From positions 1 through 45,022 of the IMG/VR virus record IMGVR_UViG_3300011112_000005: a stretch of 45,022 bases of DNA, one strand, 5' to 3'. The notes below the pieces were generated by a model that saw only the letters and a list, made by a program, of their open reading frames with translations, did no database searches and had not been told where the DNA came from. This document shows, one piece after another, positions 34,552 to 43,716 of this stretch (positions within the stretch are counted from its first letter, which is position 1; each line of letters begins with the position of its first letter). The translations under genes were made by a program, and so were the position numbers. The stretch comes from a virus. Taxonomy: Duplodnaviria; Caudoviricetes.

Positions 34552-36215
34552 ACTTGCCCGCAGGATGGGAGCCACATCCCGAAGATAGTCAGTACGCGTG
34601 GAACCGGCAGACATCTGAAACCAAACTCATCACGGAGTTTTCCGCACCCGCAGCGGCACCTGCGCCACCTGCGCCACCAGCACTGCCGCCAGCGGCGGCC
34701 GCACCTGCAACGTTGCCCGCGGGATGGGCGCCCCACCCGAGCGATCCCCGATACGGGTTCAACGCAGCCACGCAAGAGGTGAGGCTGTTGACTGAACTGA
34801 CAGGGCCGCCCCCAGACATTCCCGGCGGACCCCCGTTGCAGTTCGGCGAGCAGGACATGGCCAAGGCGGATGTGGATCGCCAGGCAGCAGCTGCGCGATC
34901 GACGTTCAGCAATGACGGCAAATATGTCTATCTCGACTTCCCCGACATGCACGGGGTTGAGGTCACGATGCTGTTGCGCCTATTCCCGCCCTTCCCGGCG
35001 GGCAAGCAGACGGCGTACGTCGAGTACATGCGCCATCGCGTGTATCGTAAGTTCGTGCCGGACGGAGACCCGCAGAAGGACATCAAGTACTACGACTGCC
35101 TCAACAGTCCCAACGGCCCGGGCAACTGCCCGCTGTGTCGCGTGATGATGAACAACCTGCAGACGAGCCAGCGCGAGGGCGCCGCTGAGTTCGTGAAGAT
35201 GGCGAAGGCCAAGCCGGTTGCGCTGTGGCAGGGCGTCGACACGCTGCGCCCGGAGATCCACACGAAGGAGATCACGAACCCGCATACGGGCGCGAAAGAG
35301 AGCATCTTGGTGCCGGGCATCCTCCGCGTCTCGTCGTCACTTCACAACGCGATGCTCAGCTGTTTCCGGCATGGCAACTTCACCGATCCCACCAACGGAT
35401 TTCCGGTCGAGGCGATCAAGCGCGTGGGCAAGAATCCGGCCCGCGGGAAGATGAACATCGACTACGACGCGGATCACCATGCACATACGGCCGGACCGAT
35501 CGACGCGTCGTTGTGGCCGACGCTCCACAACGCGGTCGACCTGGTGAAGGACGGTCTGTACTTCGAGAAGGTCGAAGTGCTGGAGAAGGTCGCCCAGAAT
35601 ATCCTACTGGAGTACGGCGACGTGGGCGGAGCCGTTGCGGGTACCCCCGCGGCCCCGGGTGCGATGCCTGCGGGCTTTGTGCCACACCCATCTGCGCCGG
35701 GCTACATGTACAACCCGCAGACGACGGCGGTCCTGCCGATGCCTGCGCCGATGTCCTCAGCACCTGCGGCGCCTCCCGCTCCGCCGATGCCTCCCGCGGC
35801 CGCTACGCCATCAGCTGCGCCACCAGCGCCACCAGCTGCGCCACCAGCTGCGCCACCAGCGCCACCAGCTGCGCCACCAGCGCCACCAGCTGCGCCACCA
35901 GCGCCACCCCCCGCACCTGCGGCTGGCGCGGCCCCTCCCGTCCCCCCAGCGGCGCCCCCCGCACCTCCCCCCGCGCCCGCGGCCGCTGCGCCTCCTACAG
36001 CACCAGGCGGGGCGCCGCTGCCCCCCGCGGCGGCTCCAGGCATTGCACCCGGGGCGGTACCCGATGCGCCTCCGCCCCCACCCACACCGGGGGCAGGTCC
36101 GCCGATGACGGGGGCAGCCGTGGAGGGCCAGTTCGCGCCGCCTCCCGCACCCCCGCCGCCTCCCGCCGTGCCCCCTGCGCCTGCGGGGGGGCCCGACGAT
36201 GACGTGCCCTTCTGA
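34548..36215 (+). CDS. gp32-like single-stranded DNA-binding protein with WW-like repeats and Pro/Ala tail
   Basis: Core 'LLRLFPP..Y..H..CL..NCPLC' and 'FTDPTNGF..I.R.G..Y'; acidic SSB tip 'DDDVPF'; adjacent to RecA. Confidence 0.75.
   Translation: MNLPAGWEPHPEDSQYAWNRQTSETKLITEFSAPAAAPAPPAPPALPPAAAAPATLPAGWAPHPSDPRYGFNAATQEVRLLTELTGPPPDIPGGPPLQFGEQDMAKADVDRQAAAARSTFSNDGKYVYLDFPDMHGVEVTMLLRLFPPFPAGKQTAYVEYMRHRVYRKFVPDGDPQKDIKYYDCLNSPNGPGNCPLCRVMMNNLQTSQREGAAEFVKMAKAKPVALWQGVDTLRPEIHTKEITNPHTGAKESILVPGILRVSSSLHNAMLSCFRHGNFTDPTNGFPVEAIKRVGKNPARGKMNIDYDADHHAHTAGPIDASLWPTLHNAVDLVKDGLYFEKVEVLEKVAQNILLEYGDVGGAVAGTPAAPGAMPAGFVPHPSAPGYMYNPQTTAVLPMPAPMSSAPAAPPAPPMPPAAATPSAAPPAPPAAPPAAPPAPPAAPPAPPAAPPAPPPAPAAGAAPPVPPAAPPAPPPAPAAAAPPTAPGGAPLPPAAAPGIAPGAVPDAPPPPPTPGAGPPMTGAAVEGQFAPPPAPPPPPAVPPAPAGGPDDDVPF
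35812..35908 (+). repeat. Coding tandem repeat of 9/12-nt units (GCGCCACCA / GCTGCGCCACCA = APP / AAPP)
   Basis: Near-perfect tandem units within the SSB tail. Confidence 0.9.
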
Positions 36216-37363
36216 TGCCCATATCGAAGAAGAAGGCCGCGGAGAAGAAGGCGGCCGAGAAGAAGAAGACGGCTGAGGAGAAGAGGGCAGGACGCGCGAC
36301 AGTCGTGAAGACCGACGCGAGTTCCTATCTAAAGGATCTGATCGCCCTCCGCGGCAAGGATGAGCCTCCGGGTTTTTCGATGCTCGACCAAGCGCTGTAT
36401 GGCATCGTCACGGATCGGATTTCTACGGGCTCACTCGCACTCGACAAAATGCTCGGGGGCGGGTGGCCGGAGGGTCGAATCACGGAGGTCGCGGGCTGGG
36501 AAGGCGTGGGCAAATCCAGCTTGTTGGATCAGGCGGCCGCGCAGTGCCAGGCGATGGGCGGTATCGTCGCCCTCATCGACAGCGAGAGGGCGCGCGATCT
36601 GAAGTACTCGACAGCGCTGGGCGTGAACGTGAGCGAGTGCATCCTGGGCGACGTGGACGACATCGAGGGCGGGTTCGAGTTGATCGACAAAGTCTTGACC
36701 GTGCAGGAAGCCAAACGGATAGAGTTGGAGAAGGTCAAACGCCGTGTTCCGCCGATGCTCGTCATGTGGGATTCGATCGGGGGCACGCCCGCCCGTGTGG
36801 AGCTGCTAGGCGCGCCAGACGACTCGCACGTGACCCCCGCGGCCCGAGCGATCAGCCACAACTTCCGGCGCATCGTGGTGAGCCTCAATCGCAACCGTGT
36901 CACGTTGGTTTTCGCGAATCACTTCTACACAAAGATTGGTGGTTTCGGAGGTCTGAGCACGTACGGCGGCAAGGGTGTGCGTTACTACCCGAGCGTGCGC
37001 TTGTGGCTGAGCCGGACCGGTCACCTAACGGTTGGGGATCAGGTCATTGGTCACACTGTCAAAGCGAAGCTGCGCAAGACGCGCGTGGGCCCACCACAAC
37101 CCGATCAAGAGCTGGGCTTTGTCCACACGGGGGGCTTCTCGAACACCCACACATTGTTCGAGTGGGGTGTGGCTGGCGGCGAGTCATCACCAAAAGAGCG
37201 CTGGATCGAAACGCGTGGAACGCATCGGTACTTGCGCCCGCCGGGCAAGGATCCTATCCATTTCCAGCGCGGGCTGCTGGGCCTCAGTGAGATATTGACT
37301 TCGGAACCGGATATATACGCTGCGATGGTGGCGTCCTACCGGGACGAAGAGAAAGCAGCGTAA
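36215..37363 (+). CDS. recA: RecA/UvsX-like recombinase
   Basis: 'ISTGSLALD..LGGGWPEGRITEVAGWEGVGKS', 'IDSE', 'WDSI', 'TYGGKGVRYYPSVRL'. Confidence 0.93.
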   Translation: MPISKKKAAEKKAAEKKKTAEEKRAGRATVVKTDASSYLKDLIALRGKDEPPGFSMLDQALYGIVTDRISTGSLALDKMLGGGWPEGRITEVAGWEGVGKSSLLDQAAAQCQAMGGIVALIDSERARDLKYSTALGVNVSECILGDVDDIEGGFELIDKVLTVQEAKRIELEKVKRRVPPMLVMWDSIGGTPARVELLGAPDDSHVTPAARAISHNFRRIVVSLNRNRVTLVFANHFYTKIGGFGGLSTYGGKGVRYYPSVRLWLSRTGHLTVGDQVIGHTVKAKLRKTRVGPPQPDQELGFVHTGGFSNTHTLFEWGVAGGESSPKERWIETRGTHRYLRPPGKDPIHFQRGLLGLSEILTSEPDIYAAMVASYRDEEKAA

Positions 37364-40300
37364 TGGCGAAGACACCCCGAAGGGCGGTACCAAAGACGGG
37401 CGCGGCAAAGAAGGCCCCCGCACGCAAGCGCAAGGCGCCCGTGCTCAAAGCGGAGCCGTGGCGCCGTTTGGTGTTCGCCGATCTGCACGTCGAGACTGCG
37501 ACGCTAGATATTGCGCTGTCTGTGCTTGAGCAGGTGGGCGCGCTCGCGGAAGAGCACGACGCGGCCCCAACATGTTTGGGGGACTTCTGGCATCTGCGCG
37601 GGCACTGGCTCGTGCGGCAGGTTGACGCGGTGCTGCAGCGCATCGCGGCCATGCGCGGTGGCTACTTCATCCCAGGCAACCACGACCAGGTGAGCCTCGA
37701 CGGTAAAATCCACGGGATGAATATCTTCGAGGGGTTTGATCAGCACGTGGTGTGTACGGATATGGTGATCGACGAGAAGTCTCGGATCGCCTACTTGCCA
37801 TGGCGGGAGATACCGGCCGAGCAGCAAGCGCAGCTGGCCGCATTGGAGTACAACGCGGCCGCGCCCTACACGATCTTCGGGCATGCCGAGGTTGGCGGGG
37901 CTACGAGCAACGGCGGCCACACGACGCCGGGCATCATCCAGGTCAAGGATATCGAGCGAGTCGCGCGCGCTGCCTACTTCGGTCACTATCATAAGCGGCA
38001 GAAGTTGGGCGAGCGCTCGTGGTACATAGGTAGCCCGTACCAGCGGGACGCAGGCGAGCGCGATTGGCCGCATGGCGTCGCATTGATCACGAGCGAGAAC
38101 CCCGAGCCGCAGTTCATCGAGCTGGAAGGGTTCCGCAAGTACTACCGTCTGGAGCTGGATGGCGACTGGGATGCGGCCGCGTTGGGCATCACGGAAAACG
38201 ATGTTGTTGAGTTGGTAGCTACGCCAGAGCAGATCGGCTCAGAAGAATATCTGACCGCTGTCGATGAACTGCCCGCGCTCGATGTGCGCGCGAAGGCGGC
38301 ATCGGAGCCGGATGCGGCGTACCAGCCGCCCGAGTTTGCGCTTACCCTGGATGCGGCTGTGGAGGCTCATGCTTCATCCGCCTTTGAGGCAGAGTTCACG
38401 GGCAGTGGTGACAACACGCTCACCCTTGAGGAGATAACCGCAGCGGGCAGGGATATCCTAGGCGAGATACCCGAAGCGCGCGTCATCCCGTTGCTGGGCA
38501 AGAACGTACGGTTGGTGGACGTCTACACAGAGGATTTCTGCACGCTGCGCGGTAAGCTGACGTTCCCTGTTTCGGAGTACAGCCGCGCGCTCATAGAAGC
38601 CCCCGTGAGGACCGGCAAGACGGCATTGCTGGATGCTCCCGGCTGGTGCTTGTATGGGCAGACGACCCCGCGCAAGCCTGGGGCCACGGGTGCGAGCCTG
38701 ACCGCGGATGGCGTGATCCATGACGATGCCGGCTCGTGCGTGGTCATGTGTACATTCCAGGTCGACGACAAGTGCGTGACCGTGCGGCGAGAGAAGAAGC
38801 GCGGCTCGGGTTCCAAGGTGACGTTCGATGGCATCGACCACCCGGACGGCATCAAAGACCATGACGCGCTGGTGAGGCACATCGTGGGGTTGCCTTACTC
38901 GCTGTGGCGCGCGTGTGTGTCTATGGGTCAGGGCGCGGTGGCCAACTTCGCGACGAATGCGGACAAGAGCCGCAAAGAGCTGCTGAATGGTGCTTTCGGT
39001 TTGGAGTGCTGTCCGAAGGCTGCGGAGCGGGCGAAGTTTTTACGCAACAGAGCCCAACAGGATGAGGTGACGCTCGGGACTGAGATCCTAACGCTCACAA
39101 CGCAGCGGGATGCCCTGCTGGCTCAGGATTTGACCTCGCAGTCGGATGCGTGGGAGCAGCGGAAGGCGGCCAGCGTGGCGGGTTTCCAAGCAACGTCGAT
39201 AGCGGAAGCCGAGGAGGCGGGGAAGTGCTTGGCGTTGCTCGAAGGTGAGCAGGCGTGGTTGGATACGAAGGCCAGGCATGACTCGCATATCGAGGAACGC
39301 ACGACCGCGCTCGTCGCTTTGCGGCCGGGTCCGAAGATTGGCGAACTGCAGCGGCAGTACGGCGCCCAAGAGTCGGAGCACGCCCTTGCGGTGCGCGATT
39401 TGAATCGGGCGCAAGAGGAACTACGCGGGCTGGTCGAGGGTGGGGCGGCAGCTGCGTGCCCGACTTGCGGCCAGGCATTGCCCCCTACAACGCACGAGCA
39501 ATACTTGAACTCTGCCGAGCGTAAGGTGAGTGCCGCTCAGGCGAACATTGGCACATTCGATACGCGCCTGAACAATATCCGTGTAGAGCTTCATGCGCTC
39601 AACACGGGGGGCAACGAAGAGTCGCAGGCCATCGAGGGCGCGATTGCCGAGTCGCGGGAAGCGCTCAAGAAATGCGATGAGGCGGTGACGTACTACCAGC
39701 GCATCCGCACTAACCAAGAGGGGCATCTATCTCAGCAAGCCGAAGCGGATAGACGTGGTGTGGCGGCCGCGGCAGAGGAGAACCCATTCGCGGCACAGAT
39801 CCAAGTGAACGCCACCAGGATCGCGGACATGCAAACCAGCCTGGACACCAAAGAAGCGGACCGCGGCGCCGCGCAACTGACGGCCAGCAAATATCAGGTG
39901 TGGGTCGACGGGTTCGGGCCGAAGGGGATCCCGGTGCTGGTACTGCGTACGGCGCTCTACGATCTGGAGTCTGCAGCGAACAAGCATCTTGCCGATCTGT
40001 TGGCGGGTACCGTGTATTGTAAGCTGTCCATGGTGGGCGAGGACTTGAAGATCCACTACTACGAGGTCATCGACGACGGCCGTACGCGCGAGCGTGTGTA
40101 CGAGCAACTGAGTGGTGGGCAGCGGCGTTGCGTTGAGTTCGCGTTCACACCACTCGCGCTCGGCGACATGATCTTCGCGCGGCTAGGGGTGAAGATCGAA
40201 CTGTTGTCGATCGATGAACTGACCACACACATGGGCGACGTGGAGAAGGCGGCCGCGTGCGCGCTACTCGAACGTCTCGACCGAGCAACGGTGTTGGTGG

Positions 40301-40389
40301 CGGATCACGACATTGGTGTGAAGTCCCATTTCGATACGAGACTGCGCCTGCAACCGGGCGCAGCGGGCTATATCCTGGAGCGAATATGA
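37363..40389 (+). CDS. Fused SbcD(Mre11)-SbcC(Rad50) nuclease/ATPase
   Basis: Phosphoesterase motifs ADLH, GD, GNHD, GH, GHYH; then Walker A 'APVRTGKT', Q-loop 'MGQG', Zn hook 'CPTC' (39457), signature 'LSGGQ', Walker B 'LSIDE' and 'DH', all in one 1008-aa frame. Confidence 0.9.
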   Translation: MAKTPRRAVPKTGAAKKAPARKRKAPVLKAEPWRRLVFADLHVETATLDIALSVLEQVGALAEEHDAAPTCLGDFWHLRGHWLVRQVDAVLQRIAAMRGGYFIPGNHDQVSLDGKIHGMNIFEGFDQHVVCTDMVIDEKSRIAYLPWREIPAEQQAQLAALEYNAAAPYTIFGHAEVGGATSNGGHTTPGIIQVKDIERVARAAYFGHYHKRQKLGERSWYIGSPYQRDAGERDWPHGVALITSENPEPQFIELEGFRKYYRLELDGDWDAAALGITENDVVELVATPEQIGSEEYLTAVDELPALDVRAKAASEPDAAYQPPEFALTLDAAVEAHASSAFEAEFTGSGDNTLTLEEITAAGRDILGEIPEARVIPLLGKNVRLVDVYTEDFCTLRGKLTFPVSEYSRALIEAPVRTGKTALLDAPGWCLYGQTTPRKPGATGASLTADGVIHDDAGSCVVMCTFQVDDKCVTVRREKKRGSGSKVTFDGIDHPDGIKDHDALVRHIVGLPYSLWRACVSMGQGAVANFATNADKSRKELLNGAFGLECCPKAAERAKFLRNRAQQDEVTLGTEILTLTTQRDALLAQDLTSQSDAWEQRKAASVAGFQATSIAEAEEAGKCLALLEGEQAWLDTKARHDSHIEERTTALVALRPGPKIGELQRQYGAQESEHALAVRDLNRAQEELRGLVEGGAAAACPTCGQALPPTTHEQYLNSAERKVSAAQANIGTFDTRLNNIRVELHALNTGGNEESQAIEGAIAESREALKKCDEAVTYYQRIRTNQEGHLSQQAEADRRGVAAAAEENPFAAQIQVNATRIADMQTSLDTKEADRGAAQLTASKYQVWVDGFGPKGIPVLVLRTALYDLESAANKHLADLLAGTVYCKLSMVGEDLKIHYYEVIDDGRTRERVYEQLSGGQRRCVEFAFTPLALGDMIFARLGVKIELLSIDELTTHMGDVEKAAACALLERLDRATVLVADHDIGVKSHFDTRLRLQPGAAGYILERI

Positions 40390-40865
40390 GCAAGGCAGAT
40401 AGCGACCCGCCGGAGAACGATCAGGAGGCCATCCTCACGGGGGCGCGCGAGTACGTGCGGACCACCGCTATTGCGGAGACGCAGAAGAAATCTTCGAAGA
40501 AGCGAAAGCGCGTGGGTGGCACGATGCACAAGCGTGGGGCGCATTGGTACGGCCTGGAAGCGTACTTTGATCCGAAGCTCATCGAGGCCACACCTATCGA
40601 GGACAGCGGGTTCATGCTGGGCGTACTCGAAGGTTTCGTGGTGGTCGAGTACAAGAAAGATATGACCATGGAGGCCATCGAGGGCATCGGCGAACGTCTG
40701 AATGCGATGGGGCTCAAGGTCATGATGGTGCCTGAGGGTATCCGCTTCATGCGCTTGTGTGCCGTGGGCGCCGAACAGAACGAAGAGATGAACAGGATGC
40801 TAGAGGATCGGATAGCGAATGAAGCAGCCGCGAAGGAGCAACTACGTAACGATCTTGACAGCTGA
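40386..40865 (+). CDS. Hypothetical protein
   Basis: ATGA overlap at 40386 after GGAG; typical codon usage. Confidence 0.7.
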   Translation: MSKADSDPPENDQEAILTGAREYVRTTAIAETQKKSSKKRKRVGGTMHKRGAHWYGLEAYFDPKLIEATPIEDSGFMLGVLEGFVVVEYKKDMTMEAIEGIGERLNAMGLKVMMVPEGIRFMRLCAVGAEQNEEMNRMLEDRIANEAAAKEQLRNDLDS

Positions 40866-41403
40866 CCCGGGCTTCACAGCGTTCGGCTGGGCTATCATCA
40901 GGCACATGGAAGGCGTGGATACGGTCATGGACATGGGGGTGATCGCTACGGCGCCCCCAACGAAGAAAGGTCTCCTGCTTTCGGAGTCGAGGTTCTCGCG
41001 CATGCGCCACATATCTAAAAATATATGGGCGCTGTGTGAGAAGTACCGTGTCGATGCGCTTGCGTTCGAGGCGGAATCGATCCCTCAGATGTCGAGCAAA
41101 CAGAACGCGATGGCGATTGCACGGCCCTACGGTGCGTTATCGATGCTGGCGGCTGCTCGGGACATTGCCGCTGTGCAGGCGACCCCGCAGCAGGTGAAAA
41201 AGGCCCTTTGCCCAGAGATCAGGAAGCCAAGCAAAGAGGATGTTGAGAAGGCGGTGCGCGTCGAGTTCGGAAGGCATGTCGCGGTGCGGACGTTTTTGCA
41301 TCAGTATCCGTTAGGTAAACATAACCATGCGTTCGATGCGCTCGGGGTCTACGTGGCCACCCGGGATTCGGACATCATGAGGGCTTTGAAGCGGAGTGCG
41401 TAA
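40819..41403 (+). CDS. ruvC: Holliday junction resolvase RuvC
   Basis: 'ILTADPGFTAFGWAI', 'AFEAE', 'TPQQVKKA..SKEDV', 'HAFDAL'. Confidence 0.9.
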   Translation: MKQPRRSNYVTILTADPGFTAFGWAIIRHMEGVDTVMDMGVIATAPPTKKGLLLSESRFSRMRHISKNIWALCEKYRVDALAFEAESIPQMSSKQNAMAIARPYGALSMLAAARDIAAVQATPQQVKKALCPEIRKPSKEDVEKAVRVEFGRHVAVRTFLHQYPLGKHNHAFDALGVYVATRDSDIMRALKRSA

Positions 41404-41875
41404 CGAATGGGAAAGAGCTGTACGAGGCGAGCTGCAGAGTATTGTCTCCGCGATGTCATCGACTTTGGGTGTCCAAGTGAGATGGCAGCTCGATGTGTCG
41501 CAGCTGAATGTCGATCGGGCGGTGCCGAAGTTCGTGCTGCCGACTCGTCTGGAGCAGTTCGCCCCTTCGCCGTCTGTGAGCATGGCGCCGTCGGTGCGGC
41601 ACCAGGCAGAGCGCACGCGCAGCGGGCTCGCACGTCGCGTCGGGGATCTGTGGGGGCAGCACCGTGCGAGGTGCCCCGATCTGTGGAGCTTCGTTTCGTG
41701 GGCGCAGGCCGAGCAGGCATCCACGCCGGATACCCGCGAGTTGTCGGCCGTCGATTATGCGGCGCGAATGAGGACCGGCCGTGACCTCCGCGAAATCGAA
41801 GAAGAAGTCGAGGCGCCCGACAGCGGAGCAGACAGCGGCATCGGCTCCGAAGAAGGCCGCGAAGAAGGCGCCTAA
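41396..41875 (+). CDS. Hypothetical protein
   Basis: GTG start overlapping the ruvC end; fills the gap; overlaps the next gene by 95 nt. Confidence 0.55.
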   Translation: MRNEWERAVRGELQSIVSAMSSTLGVQVRWQLDVSQLNVDRAVPKFVLPTRLEQFAPSPSVSMAPSVRHQAERTRSGLARRVGDLWGQHRARCPDLWSFVSWAQAEQASTPDTRELSAVDYAARMRTGRDLREIEEEVEAPDSGADSGIGSEEGREEGA

Positions 41876-42650
41876 GCGGCCTGCGAAGAAGAAGGCGAAG
41901 AAGGCGAGCAAGGCGAAGACCAACAAGAACTCACCACAGGTCACGCGCGCGGTGCCCGAGTACATCCCGCGGCCGGGCCCAGCGCTTGCGCACACTTCGA
42001 TGGTGCTACGCAGAATGGCGGCGACTGATTTTCTCGCCGACCCTGACGGCCATTCTACGCGCTGGCACTACGAGCGCAAAGACCGCGCGTATGCCGAGAC
42101 GATAGCTTGGCGGACGTTCGAGGAATGGGCGATCAATGACAAATGGGTCCAGCGGCGTGTGGGCTACTGGGAAGAGATAGAGCGACGTGTGCAAGAGCAC
42201 ATGGCAGATGAGTTTTTGCGTCGCAGGCTGGCGGACCTGGAGAAGTTTGAGAGCCGACTCGAAGCCCTCGACGAGCTACTCAACCCGCTCAGGGATCCGG
42301 TCACGGGCATCATGCTACGCGACGAGAAGACGCACATGCCGATGTTCGCGCTCGAACTTCCGAGTATGGATAAGTTCGCGACTATGTACCTGAAGCTCCA
42401 CGAGCGCGTTCTGCTGCTGCGCGGTGAGGCGACTGCGCGCACGGAGCAGCTGCTCGCGAAGCCCGAGACAGGCGATGCGCTCGCACTCAACGAGCACCTG
42501 AAGGAACCTGCGGCCATCGCGCCCAAGTTCAGCAAGAGCGATTTGCGGGCGATGGCGACTCAGCTGCTGCGTGCCCGCGAGCCCGCGCTCGGCGGCACAC
42601 CCGAGACTGACCCTAATATCATTGACGCACCAGTGGAGGATCCCTCATGA
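41781..42650 (+). CDS. Hypothetical DNA-binding protein, possibly terminase small subunit
   Basis: GAGGA RBS; Lys/Ala N-tail; 'WRTFEEWAINDKWVQRR' resembles TerS HTH-following motifs; helical oligomerisation-like region. Confidence 0.45.
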   Translation: MTSAKSKKKSRRPTAEQTAASAPKKAAKKAPKRPAKKKAKKASKAKTNKNSPQVTRAVPEYIPRPGPALAHTSMVLRRMAATDFLADPDGHSTRWHYERKDRAYAETIAWRTFEEWAINDKWVQRRVGYWEEIERRVQEHMADEFLRRRLADLEKFESRLEALDELLNPLRDPVTGIMLRDEKTHMPMFALELPSMDKFATMYLKLHERVLLLRGEATARTEQLLAKPETGDALALNEHLKEPAAIAPKFSKSDLRAMATQLLRAREPALGGTPETDPNIIDAPVEDPS

Positions 42651-42847
42651 ACGCGACCCTGCATAAATACGATAGAGGCCACCTAGATAAAGCGTTGCTG
42701 GCGATGCTGCTGGAAGCCGGCGAGGCGGAAAAGAAAGGCTACGAACTGGTCGGGTATCAGGTGGTTGAGAGCGAGCGCTGTGTCGCGACGATGTACCGGA
42801 AAGTCAAACGAGCCCCCCCCACGGGCGCATCGTTGATTGGTGAGTAA
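42647..42847 (+). CDS. Small hypothetical protein (66 aa)
   Basis: GGAGGA RBS and ATGA overlap. Confidence 0.7.
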   Translation: MNATLHKYDRGHLDKALLAMLLEAGEAEKKGYELVGYQVVESERCVATMYRKVKRAPPTGASLIGE

Positions 42848-42849
42848 CC

Positions 42850-43716
42850 ATGCGCATCCTAGCCTCAACTATCCTTGTCTTCGTCACCACGTGCGCTGCT
42901 CCCGTCGAAGCACCGGCTGACCCTGTCCCGTACTGGGATGCTTCGGTAGATACTTCTGTGGTGGGGGCCAACCCGGAGCCCGTAGAGATTGTACTGCCCC
43001 TCGAAGAGGAGGACGTGCGAGCGTACGTGATTGAGCGGCGTGGTGAGGGGCCGTTGGGCACGCGCGACGCGGGCGTTCTGCTGGGCCGCATGACGGTGAG
43101 TGAGGGCACGTCATTGCAGCCGTTGCGCGAGGGGTGGAAGCTCGACCTGGAGGGCATCTTGCAGGTTGCGCGCATCACGCAACTCAAGCGCGAGACACTC
43201 TGGGATAGCCTGTCGCGGCTGAGCCCACATGTTGCGATGATCGAGGAGTACACCAGGCCGCGGCAGCGCTGGACCAGTACACTCCCGGCCTTTGGTGAAG
43301 AAGCCCCATCGGGGTGGGAAGAATGCACGACCTGGTATAGGGCGCACAAGCGCCAGCATGGGCTACCCAAGGGCTGCAACGGCACCTGGAAGGCAGGACA
43401 CAGAAACTGGGTGACGATACGCGATTACGCGATCAGCTTGGTCGAGTCGAATGAGGAACCACCGCAGGCTGTGCAGGGCTACCCTACGACGTGGGGCGGC
43501 ATTATGGATATCCACACGTACATGGCGAACAACCCGAATGCGTGCTGGTTGGCGTCGCCAGGGACTGCTGGGTATTTCTTCGGCAAGCAGGGATACGCGG
43601 GAAACGAATGCCAAGAGGTGCCTGCGCGGCTGGTTAAAGAGAGCAAGATAATAAGCGTGCGGATCATGATGCGCGGCATGAGAAAAAAGCTACGTAGGCC
43701 CGAACCCGCGGAGTGA
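42850..43716 (+). CDS. Exported protein, possible SleB-like (Hydrolase_2) cell-wall lytic enzyme
   Basis: Signal or lipoprotein-like N-terminus 'MRILASTILVFVTTC'. 'DAGVLLGRMTVSEG..GILQV' resembles the SleB catalytic helix; match is weak. Confidence 0.4.
   Translation: MRILASTILVFVTTCAAPVEAPADPVPYWDASVDTSVVGANPEPVEIVLPLEEEDVRAYVIERRGEGPLGTRDAGVLLGRMTVSEGTSLQPLREGWKLDLEGILQVARITQLKRETLWDSLSRLSPHVAMIEEYTRPRQRWTSTLPAFGEEAPSGWEECTTWYRAHKRQHGLPKGCNGTWKAGHRNWVTIRDYAISLVESNEEPPQAVQGYPTTWGGIMDIHTYMANNPNACWLASPGTAGYFFGKQGYAGNECQEVPARLVKESKIISVRIMMRGMRKKLRRPEPAE

Noticed and set aside
35812-35908. CRISPR-like array
   Set aside because: Units are 9-12 nt, have no spacers and are in-frame coding; no cas genes are present.
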